Assembly (NCBI GenBank): GCA_973895155.1
Contig: OZ316891.1
Coordinates: 3,950,018 to 4,014,017, forward strand
Direction: 5' to 3'
Length of the DNA stretch: 64,000 nucleotides
DNA from: Marsupella aquatica
Taxonomy: Eukaryota > Plantae > Marchantiophyta
Below are positions 37,653 to 48,439 of the stretch, one piece after another. Every line of letters starts with the position of its first letter. Within the stretch, counting starts at the first letter, position 1. The position numbers and the translations under genes are program-made. Under the pieces are notes generated by a model that saw only the letters and a program-made list of their open reading frames with translations, did no database searches and was not told where the DNA came from.

Positions 37653-40600
37653 CGAGACATCGTAGATCCCGACGTCATCGCCATCGAGTGAGGCAGGAAG
37701 ATAGGAGAGATAGGAGCCCCCATCGGCCATATGACGTTCATCATCATCCAGAGCCCCATGGTCACAGCTCACCTTCCTCTTTGGACGAGGGGTTTGGAGA
37801 GGCCATGGCTGCTCTTCATGGGATTGGACCAGTCCGGAAGATGCCTTGCCCTTGTAGACAATGCAAGGGTGTTGTATCTCACGAGAGGACTATTGTCGTT
37901 AGCCATTTAGGGATGCATGGTCGTCATGTACCACCAATACCCAAGGTGAGTTTCCTTCTTATTGCAAAACCATTTTGCTTAACTTTAACTATCACAAGGT
38001 TGGAGTACTTTGCCTTCAATCATGAATGCTCAAGTTTGCTGGCATGCTGAGATTTTCTTGCTTACATGTGGAACAGATTCTGGTTGTGCCGTCACCTCCT
38101 AAGGACAGCATGAGAGAGGTTGCACGTCGAGCTCTGACTGCACTGGTATTGCGTTTGATTATATATGACTTTGTATCAAATATTGAATTTCACAATTGTA
38201 GGATGGTGCATATGTTACTCCTACACCTCACCCATCCATGATGACAATGTCAGTGCGTGCCTTTCACCTACGTGCCACTCTAAATTTTGATGATGATGAA
38301 GATGATGACTTGGAGCCTAATGATTTGGATAGTGACCATGAGGAGTACCATGATGCATATGATGGAGAGTTTGATGAGGATGATGGAGATGAGGGGGATG
38401 CACCCATTCTTGAAGAGGATGCATTTTCCCACCTTGTGGACATTCACTTTGGACCACATGCACCTGAGGGCATGAGGCCTACCATGGAAGTAGACCAGGA
38501 TGATTGGGACTAGTTGAAAATGGAAGCCAAAACTCCACTCTTCTTGGATTCTCCATCATCACGGTAAGCTTCTTTTTTTCACAATATTAAATGAAATTAG
38601 GGTTTGATCTAGCCCAAGACTCTACTTATGAACTTGTACAGGCCACACTCAATGTCATACCTCAAACTAATTATCCCCTAGTTTCACGAATGCAGGTTGG
38701 GTGCCACTTTGCTGATGTTGAATTTGCAGGGAGTTTTCAACACTTCAGACGTCCATACAGATGCACTCTTCCAACTATTCCACCAAAAACTCTTGCCCCA
38801 ACCAAACACTCTTCCTGGTTGTGTGAGGGAAGCTAAGAAGTTGTTAACCTCAATTGGATTGGCTTTAGAGACTATCCATATGTGTCCAAGTGGATGCATC
38901 CTATACAGAGGGACATACTTGGACGACACAGAGTGCCCAGAGGCACAATGTAAGCTTCCACGATACCGGCCCAACACCATTGGCGAAAAAATTCTAGAGA
39001 AGGTGAGATAAGATCTCCTGCTATGATCGGAAGACATTTGTTACAAAATTAATGTAGGAGTCCATAGAGTTACGTTTCAAAAAATGTTGTTTAAATTGTC
39101 TAGTGCGGCTTTTTCCCATTTGACGTTGTCTAGGTTAACGTAACAAACTTTTACAACGTATATCAGGAGGTATCTTACGTATCATAGTATATACGACGTA
39201 CCTTACATCTTACTCAATGACATAAAATTATTATCGTCATTACTGACGAGGTTACTTTAAACCTGCCGACGTTATGAACGTCGTCTCAATTTACCTCGTG
39301 TATCACAAGGTATTTAAGGTAACACGATGATTTGTTCGACGTTTAATCTCAATTAACGTCGGAGGGTTCGTTGTGACTGTGGTTTTTGCAGGTCTTCAGG
39401 TATTTCCCGATCACACCCCGACTACAACATCTGTATCGACAGAAACATCTATCGGCACTCCAAACTTGGCATGTTGAGAACAAGTCCCCACCAGGGATTA
39501 TGCGGTATCACCACGACAGCCCAGCATGGAAGCATATTGACACCACTTGGCCTGATTTTTCTCTGGAGCCGCGGAATGTTTGATTGGGGTTGGCAATAGA
39601 TGGGGTAAACCCATACAAGCAACGACGCAAGCCTAAGTCCATATGGCCAGTTCTCTGATAAATCAGAATATCCCTCCATGGTTGGCGATGAAGAAAGGTC
39701 ATGTTCTTCTCCTCGCTATCATTCCTGGTCCTCAAGCCTGTAAGAATCCGGATATTTGTTTGGCTCCAGCTTATGAAGAATTGCAAAAGCTATGGGAGTT
39801 TGGGGCAGTGACCACAGATGTCACTCGTGCACCGGATAATGGGAGGACATTTCAGATGAGGGCGATGATCACCCACTGCACCACTGATGGTCCAGGTAAT
39901 GCTCAGTCACTGAAAATTTTTGACATGCATTGTGCAAGGTCCTATTGCATGGGTCAATGTTTATGGCCTAACAATTTTTTTCCATTCATTCACAGGTATG
40001 GCCACAATATCCGGGTTGAAGGTGGCTGGTTATTCTGCTTGCCCTTCATGTGGTCCCGAGTTGCATGGGAGATATTCTAACCACTTGCACAAAACCACAT
40101 ATGAGGGCAATAGGGTTCGATTACCAATGGATGATATCTTGCAACATAATACCACACATTGGGCTGAGACTGAGTTTAGGCCATGTCCCAATGGGCCCTC
40201 AGCTGAGGCCCAAATTCAGATGGCAGAGAAAGTGGAGGCAAAGTTACTTCAACCCAAGCACTCTGGTGTCAATAGGCGCTCAGCTTTATGGGACTTGCCA
40301 TATTGGAGGGTAAGTAAAATAAATTTACCTTCTTTTAAGTTAGTGACTTGTAGACTTATTTTCTTTATGAATTTCTTACTAACAAAACCTGATTCTCCAC
40401 TCATTTTGCAGATCCTCCAGATACGATGGTTGTTGGACCCCATGCATATTGAAGTAAATGTTGCCAAGAACCTGGTGAAGCACATTTATGACATGAATGA
40501 TACTCGTGGGGTCCGAGAGGATGCAAAGCAGGTTGGAGTGGTGAAGAGTTGTTGGATAACTCGAGATGGGGAGAAGCCACCTGCTCCTTGGGTTTTTCCA

Positions 40601-40957
40601 AGACAGATATTGAAGGAGATGAACGGGATGATATGTGAAATGAAGTTCCCTAGCCATTACGTAGCCGGCTTCCGTGGGTGCACTACAAGGGATGACCACA
40701 TACCCCCAATAGGCTTGAAGTCTCATGATTATCACAAGTTGATTTAGCATGTGTTACATGCTGTCTTGCATTGTTGCGATGATTCTAGAGAGCGACGCCT
40801 ACTCCGACATACAGTATATGAGTTGTGCTCCATTTTCAGGTGAGCATATTCTTGTTGGCATATATTTATGCTATGATCATTGCATATGTTTATCATACTA
40901 ATAATTTGATAAAATTTTGAGTACCCCATACAGGTGGGTATGCGCCAAGGAAATAAA

Positions 40958-42755
40958 AACACGATTTCGGACCGAACGAGAACTATTTCCTCTAAACGAG
41001 AAGTGTATTTTCATTTTCTGCCGAATCTCGCGAAATCGGCAGTTTTTTTCATCAAAAATACGTTTTTGGGGAAATAATGTAATTCGTATCAGAGTTCGGA
41101 TTGAAACAGCAAATTTAATAATGATCAAAACCAATGAAATTCATGCTAACAAACATTCATATTATCAAGGAACAATTAGATCCGAAAAACTTTCTCCTCA
41201 ACCTCATATTCACGCTCTCCGAAGATATATGAAAGGTCTTATCTATAAATCCATATCCACGTTTCGAGCCAAGTGCGATAACTGTATTGGACTCCGGATT
41301 TGAATGAGCCATGAAAGCTCTGACCCAATCTCAGTTTTCTCAATTTTCTCAGTTTTTGGATATTTACCAAAAATATTTTACATCACAGTCGATAAGAATT
41401 ACTTTCGTCAAACTTACCTTGCAGTTACCTCCGCAATTGACCAGTTACCTCCGCAAGTGACCATAGTCAACATGCCATTCTTTCAACAGCAATGCACAGT
41501 CCGATAAAATTATCACGAAAACTACGGGCGACAAAAATACTAGTCGACAATACTAAGATCCTTCGGTTCATCGGTTAAATTTCAAAATTCCTATCCATAT
41601 GAAGAAAACTCTTCGCAATACCAACATCAGATAAATTTATCGCTTCAATTTCAAAATTGCAACTTCCATATGAAGGAACCACTTTTGCAATACCAACATC
41701 AGATAAATTTATCGCTTCAATTTCAAATTGCAACTTCCATATGAAGGAACCACTTTTGCAATACCAACATAAGATAAATTTATCGCTTCAATTTCAAAAC
41801 TATATAATTTTGCCACGATGCACGTGTGAGAATGAAATTGGAAATCCAAGAAATATACCCTTTTCTGCTATTTTATCGTTTAGGGTGACAGCCAATCAAA
41901 AGTGGACATGTGGGCCAACCCCTCAACAGACACTATAAATGGGCCACTGCCGATAAGTTTTTCGCATAGGAGGATGCGATAAGTTTATTGCACTCCGCAT
42001 TCGAATTGAAAATATGACTTCCTCAGACACCTAAGCCCTAAATTCAATCTTTCACAAAAATGACAACTCCGATAAATTTATCAGATTCTCGATTACTCCT
42101 CTTTCCATGAAAGGAATGAAGACTCCGATAAATTTATCAGAATGAAGGCAACACCTCTCTAAACACTGGATCAAATGATTGCAATAGAGGAATGCAGAAT
42201 GCGATAAATTTATCGCAGTCCGCTCGGATCTGGACATTTTACACTAAATGACTAGTTAGTCTTACATGGAGAACTTGAACAGGAATGGCTGTTCCGATAA
42301 ATTTATCGGGTTTTTGGTAGAAAGAGTCGAATCGCTTGGGAGGAATGTAAGACTCGATGGGAGTTTGGTATTCGCTCTCAGTCAGGAGATATTTGCTCTG
42401 GCAAAAGCAAATGTTTTATGGGCAGCCCGCTCCTCTTTATATAGGAGACGCTCTAAACCATGGTTAATTTCCCCTTAACCATGGTTAAGTTTCCCCTTTA
42501 CCTGGGTTAGTGCGTGGTCATTCCTGGATTACGCGGTTCGGACCAAGTTACTCGCAGTTCGGACTTTTTCACTGACGGAATGTAAAACCCGATGCACGTA
42601 TCGCTCCCTCCATTCCCGCGGCGATGCAATGGAGGAAAGTGGCGTTTTGGAGAGTTTTTGCCAGTTTTATCGGTCATTGCATTGCCTTAGAAAAAAAACG
42701 GGATCGGGCTAAACGAGAACTCCGACACACTTCTTGGTCGGTCCGAAATCGTGTT
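40958..42755. mobile_element. 1.8-kb non-autonomous TIR element inserted in a TnpD exon
   Basis: Perfect TIR AACACGATTTCGGACCGA / TCGGTCCGAAATCGTGTT. TSD TAAA (or AA with a 19-bp TIR). Removal restores WVCAKEIKESEIP. Interior has ~72-bp repeats (41580-41800) and seven GATAAATTTATC palindromes. Confidence 0.9.
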
Positions 42756-43389
42756 TAAAGGAGAGTGAGATTCCCGAGATGAGGGAACGTTCTGCCCGTG
42801 TTATGTGCAATATGGAGAAGGTGTTTCCCCCATGTATTTTTGACATGCAGTTGCATTTGCTGTCATTTGGTGGACGAGGTAGCCATTGCTGGTCCAGTGC
42901 ATGCGCGGTGGATGTATTGGGTAGAGCGGTTCATGAAAGTGCTAAAGTCTTGGGTGCACCAACCCGCTTGACCAGAGGGAAGTATGGCAACAGGGTATAT
43001 CATGTCGGAGTGCCTGTTCTACTCAAGCGGGGTGATAGGGAGTTTGGACACACAAGCTCCCATAGCTTGGGAAGAGGCACAAGATGATGACAACGGTGGG
43101 TTGCGAGTGATGGGCGCGTCAAAGAAGAGATCATTACATGATGACATTTTTTGCCGACAAATCCACAATTATGTGTTAGAGAACCGCACGGAGATGTCAG
43201 ATTGGAGAGAGTTGTATAGGTAGGGACGTAATCCTTAATGTTGAGTCCTACTTAGATTTAAAATGTACATTCAAGGTTTAGGGTTTAGGGTGGTCAGTAA
43301 TGTATATGTGACCTAGTACTTGCAGGGCATGGGTGGAGCAGCAGCGGATAGGGGCAACACGAGAGCGTGTTCATGCATCATTTTGCATC

Positions 43390-43684
43390 TCGGGGGTCTC
43401 ACTATATGGGGACCTCCCCATCGCCTGCGACGTTTTTAGGCCTCGGACCCCCTAAAATGTAAGAATTTTTTTTAATTTTTTAACCCCTATAAAGTTGGAA
43501 TATTCTTGGAATATTCTAAAAATTAGATTAAAAAGACCCTAATGTTCTTATAAGTCTCAAAATTGAATTTAAAAGACCTTATTGTTCTTCTACAAAAATT
43601 CTTAAGTCTTCCCTTAGAACCAATAAAATGACCCTATCCTTCGTTGCACGTGATATGCCATTTTTGTGGAAGTGAAACCCCCGA
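43390..43684. mobile_element. 295-bp Mutator-like MITE in a TnpD exon
   Basis: TIR TCGGGGGTCTCACT / AGTGAAACCCCCGA. Flanks ATTTTGCATC and ATTTTGCATA (9-10 bp TSD). Removal restores HASFCIWALERMEG. Confidence 0.82.
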
Positions 43685-44876
43685 ATTTTGCATATGGGCC
43701 TTGGAGCGCATGGAGGGGCTCCTGGCAGTGCATGGCGCTACATTCATTCCCATTGATGTACAGAACATCATTAGGGGGCCTTCGATGTGGGCTATGACTC
43801 ATACTCACATGTATGAGTCAGGGCACCACTTTCGGACTTGGAGGACGGACCATATGAAGAAGAGTACTTGTAACTCTGGAATATATGGTGACCAATGTAG
43901 GTGATGTTGAGGTTCCTTATTGTGGCATAGTCTTGGATGTTTTGGATGTTAATTTTGGCTCGTTTACCACCACGGTGTTAGAGGTGAGGTGGCACAAGTC
44001 CATCATGTCACCTCCAGCAAGAGCTACCATGGTGAAGGATCGAGCTGATGAGTGTGGATTTTATCGTGTGGACACGACCCGTGTTGCACCAAGCGGGACT
44101 GAGTTTAGTGACACTATAGTTTTTCCTAGCCAAGTGGATCAATGCATTATGGTTCCGATGCAAACCATGGAAGGATGGTCCATTGTGATTCCCATATTCC
44201 CACGCCGTAGGAAGGGCTTCATGCCATCAGCTCTTGCAGACGATGAGGATTGACATGATAGACTCACTATCGCCATTTGTATTGACTATTGTCACTCCTG
44301 GCATATAAACACACATATTTCATGGCCTAGGCATCTGTGTATTTGGAGAGTGGAATGGGCTTGTGTTAATAACTTGGTAAAGAAACAAGTAACAACCATA
44401 CATTTATGCACATGATCCCTCGGCCTTCTGCTACAAGGGATACTTGTCATTAATGTCATCCTTGGAATTTTATGTCGATGCACAATTTTCTATGTCGTTT
44501 ATAGCTACGCCTCCTCGACGTAACATGATTCAATGTCGTGTACCGAACCATTATCCAACGTTATAACTCTCTTTAACGTCGTCCTATACTTCGAAACAAG
44601 GTAAAAATGACGTACTTAACGATGTATGTAGCGACAAAATTATATTACCACGAGTATAACGACGTTAGCAATTTACATACGACGTTTCATTCAACGTAAC
44701 AAATGATTTTTGACGTTAATCATAGGAAAAAGATACAACATTCAAACCACACAATTTTTGCGACAAATAACATTCATGGATGTGTTTATTGCTGCACATA
44801 GACCAAATAGAGATACACTATAGCTCTACCATCCTTTCTACTGCAAATGTAGCCTACATGAGTCATGGTCATCCCT

Positions 44877-45580
44877 CTACAACCTCCCTCCAGACTGATG
44901 TTGATTAAGGAGTTTGTTCTCCAGATCAGTAGTACTCCTCGTCCGCTTTCCTCTTGTTGTACGAAGCACGCCTTTGGCTGGCATTCCAATTCTTCTGGAC
45001 AATAGCTTCACCGGCCTGTAGCCTCTAAGCCTCCACCTCGGCTGCACAACTTTCCTTGTAATCAAACATAGCAATCTGAAGTTCAATGGGTGACAGCTCA
45101 CATTTAGACAAGGTGGGAGGGTAGGCCTCACCATCATCATCCTCGAGCGAATCTTCCAGACCACGATCAGTGCTCGGATGCAACAAGAACTCTCCTGGGT
45201 CCAGCTACTTGTTGGCAAGAATGGAGCACTCTACCCACCAAGTAGAGATGAAATGCAAGGTTTCAGCGAAATGCTCGATCAAGCCAGCATAGTCACTGAA
45301 GTGCTCCACAACCTGTTTCCACGTATTTGCAATCAAGAAATCGGTCTGTGAGGTACATAGCTTGTCAACAAGCCCTCCACGGCAAAAGAACCCTCAAACC
45401 ATCTTCTCCTCCTCACCAAGTGGGAGGAAACAACAATGCACATTTGTAAAGAACTTCCGCACCATAGCTGAACACTTTGCCTCCCACGGTTCAACTTCTC
45501 TACACTGAGGACCTTTGATGTCTTCACTCGGGAATGCTGGCTATGGTGAGCCTCCTGCCTATAGTTGAGTCTGTCCAACG
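44877..45580 (-). pseudogene. Possible third, degraded CACTA-internal ORF of unknown function
   Basis: One frame reads protein-like through scattered stops: EVEPWEAKCSAMVRKFF...TWKQVVEHFSDYAGLIEHFAETLHFISTWW...LEDSLEDDDGEAYPP...NWNASQRRASYNKRKADEEYY. Confidence 0.4.
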
Positions 45581-45962
45581 CTGATATGTGGAATTAACAT
45601 TATTTTTCCCGATGTACGTATGGTATTTTATGACCATGTATCTGCAGATACGTCATTCCAAATGCCTAAAATTATGGATGTCGTCCTATACATCGTTCTA
45701 ATTTACGTCTTTAGGAAACAGGTAAGTTACCTTGTCTAGGAAGACGTAATGAGAGGTACAACATATGATACGAGGTAACTTACCGTGTCTTAAAGGACGT
45801 AAACTTAACGTCATGACAATCGATGTTATCTGATCCCGTCGAATCTCCGGACGACATCCGACAACAGTCCGGAGATTAACGACGTATAGTCCAACTTTAA
45901 TGGAATGAACATCTTCTTGGGTTAGGTTACACCTGGTCCCAAAATGCAAAAATGTAGTTGTG

Positions 45963-46210
45963 GCTATAGTGGTCAGATTTACAACTCTTTTAAGTCTAGG
46001 GTAGAGGCGGAGCAGAATTCACAGAGTGGATTGAGGAAGGTGGAAGAGCATGTGCTCCAAGGGCTCCAGTATAAACAAGTAGGATTAGATGACTCTGGAA
46101 AGGAGATATATCCATGTGAGTACTGCCGAGAGATTTACAAGCACATTACATGTCCCAAGAAGCCTCCAAATCTCATTTATGGGCATAAGATTTTGTCACA
46201 TTCGTGCTAA
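45963..46210 (+). pseudogene. 3' half of the split hybrid-binding-domain exon, followed by a CxxC segment
   Basis: YSGQIYNSFKSRVEAEQ completes the domain, then ...EIYPCEYCREIYKH. Confidence 0.75.
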
Positions 46211-46243
46211 TTAAAGAGATTGAGCTCGAGGGCCTCAATCCAA

Positions 46244-46523
46244 GGGGTATCCCATATCAAGCTCGAAGTTTTGGGGGAATAAACACCCTAACAGTTAAGT
46301 CAATAAAGTTTGGAATTTTTTTACCCCTAATTTAATTGGATATTCCAAAAATATTCCCATATTTGATTTTAAAAAACCCTATGATTCTTATAATTCTCAA
46401 AATTGGATTAAAATAACCCTAATGTTCTTCAACAAAAATTTAAAACTATTTCACTAAACCCAATAAAAAAACCCTATACTTATTCGTGCGTGATGGGTCG
46501 GAAGAAAAGAAGTGAGGACCCCG
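46244..46523. mobile_element. Diverged relative of the 43390-43684 MITE
   Basis: Shares ACCCTAATGTTCTT, TTCTTATAA.TCTCAAAATTG, CAATAAAA..ACCCTAT and a GAAGTGA..ACCCC end. A further relative lies near 63370-63665. Confidence 0.6.
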
Positions 46524-47010
46524 GGAGATTGAGTCCCGGTTTGACCTTGCCCGTCAAATTGGGCAAAAAACACCCTTGACAGAATCGTCAAGCAGGCAAT
46601 CAGGTTAGGGAACAGTCCGGGCTAGGATTTGGGGAGGGTTGGGGGCCATTTGGGACAAGGGTCGGGGCTGTTCGAGAGCTGTTCAGGAGCTGTTCGGGAG
46701 CCGACACCCCCGGCCACTGTCCCCCAAACCCCGTCCACTTTCCCCCGACCGCCAACCCCCGACCGACAACCCCGGCCCCAGACCCGGCCCCGACCGGCTG
46801 TGACCCCAAACCGGGGTCTGGGGGAATCCGGGGGAGACGGGGGGAGTTCGGGAAGGGTCCGGGGGAGTCTGGGGGGAGTCCATGGGAGTCCGAGAGAATA
46901 TGAGGGAATCTACATCAACTGGTCATTTTGGGGCCATCATTTGACAATTTTACATTCCCGACAAGCCTCGTCCACTTAAATGACCAATGAAATCTCTTTG
47001 ATCACCGGCA

Positions 47011-47355
47011 TGTTGAGCATAGACGACAATTGCAACGGCAAGCCCATGAACCATCCAACGCACAAGAGTCGACACAGAGAGATACGTGGTTCACCTCCAC
47101 ATGAGGCTACATCCACGGGAACACACAAGAGCTTTACTGCACTCTAGGCCGACCGGCCATACCAAGCATCCATAGCACAAGCTCTCTCTATCTCTCAACT
47201 AGCACCGTAAGAATGAGCCTGAGTTCCACCTCTCCAAACAAACACCGCTTGGTTATAGAGTGTGCACAGCATGACTAACCTAACCAAGTCTGCAACTAAG
47301 GTTAGCCTTAACTACGGTATAGTCGTAACTCTAGATCTAAGAGTTTATCCTAACA
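47011..47355 (-). mobile_element. Solo LTR of the copia 2 family
   Basis: Reverse-complement homolog of 18628-19030 with TG...CA ends. Flanks CGGCA / TGGCA (5-bp TSD, one C>T). Confidence 0.9.
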
Positions 47356-48439
47356 TGGCATGGTTAAATGTTTCTTTAATTTGCGCACACACTTCAATTT
47401 GGTGCAACAAATATAATAAACAATTTAATAATACAAATAATGAAAAGACTGAATTGAAACCAACATAGCTTTGAGATAATTGCAAAAATAGTCAAACAAT
47501 TATTTTATTTTCATTCATCAAATAGTACATAATTGTGCATCCAAGAGCAAACTAAATCCCACTCCTCTCTAAATTAAGTTACTATCTACTAAGTATCAGC
47601 TCTAAATTTTGTTACATGATCTACCTTTCCCTTCCTTTGAAATACAGGACAAGATTTCCATTTCTTATTATTTGTCTCCCAAGCTACATGTAAAGACTCT
47701 AGGGACCAATCCGGATAATAGTCTTTAACATAATCCCACCAATTATCAAACTCATAAAATCAAGAAAGATAAGGAATAAGTTGAGTTCTCAAAAATATAT
47801 CATCTTCATTTCCATGATATGGGGAAGGATATAAAGATGACCAAAAAGGGTTGCAAAATATATTACTTGGCAAATCTAAAAGGGTCACATTTTCTCAAAT
47901 TATATGTGGCATCTTAAGGTACACAGTTTCAAGTAGTTTCAAATAAACAAAGTCCTGGTTCGCATCTAGACCTATTCTCGATAATTTTTCTTTCCCAAAG
48001 GAAAACTTTAGTGTACTCCTTTTCACCGTCGCTTAGTACTGCTGCCAAGTGTTTTGTCAGTATTTTTTTATACATCCGTGACCAAATTTTGGGCCAAATT
48101 CCTACACTAAAATGCTCAAATCAAAATTTCATAAACTGGTGAAAAAATGGTCTTGTACATATTGTAACATTGTCCATCCCGATAACTCTCGACTTGTTGC
48201 TCTTTGATGATACCTCACAAGGATAATAAAGAAATGCATCATTCCATATCAGTACAAACAATCTTGTATGTTTGAAATATTTCATCACCTGGACCAAATA
48301 AAACAAATCAATAAAATATTACTCACACAATTAACAACCCATATTTACAATCTAAATTTTATTAAACATTTCACTTCAAAATGTGTTCTAAAATGAAGTC
48401 TGATCCTAATAGCCTACCTAATACTTTTACGCATTAATT

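Larger units (their letters stand above)
37448..44253 (+). pseudogene. CACTA transposase (TnpD/Tnp2), multi-exon, disabled by stops and nested insertions
   Basis: Transpos_assoc CPCRQC...SHLGMHG; HMCPSGCILYRG...CP..QC..PRY; Transposase_21 YFPITPRLQ..HDSPAWKHID..PRNV*LGLAIDGVNPY, LLDPMHIEVNVAKN, GLKSHDYH; DUF4218 MEKVFPP..GPVHARWMYWVERFMKVLK..PEGSMATGY; DUF4216 YCGIV..DECGF..FPSQVDQC. Confidence 0.93.
29747..45962. mobile_element. CACTA/En-Spm (CMC) DNA transposon, 16.2 kb including nested insertions, with CACAA termini
   Basis: 12-bp TIR CACAACTACATT (29747-29758) / AATGTAGTTGTG (45951-45962). 3-bp TSD GCT at 29744-29746 and 45963-45965. Contains a Tnp2-type transposase. Removing it restores a protein domain. 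Confidence 0.92.

Noticed and set aside
46600-46979. GC-rich ORFs and G-quadruplex-like tract
   Set aside because: Low-complexity CCCCG/GGGGA repeats, probably TE-internal; no evidence of coding.
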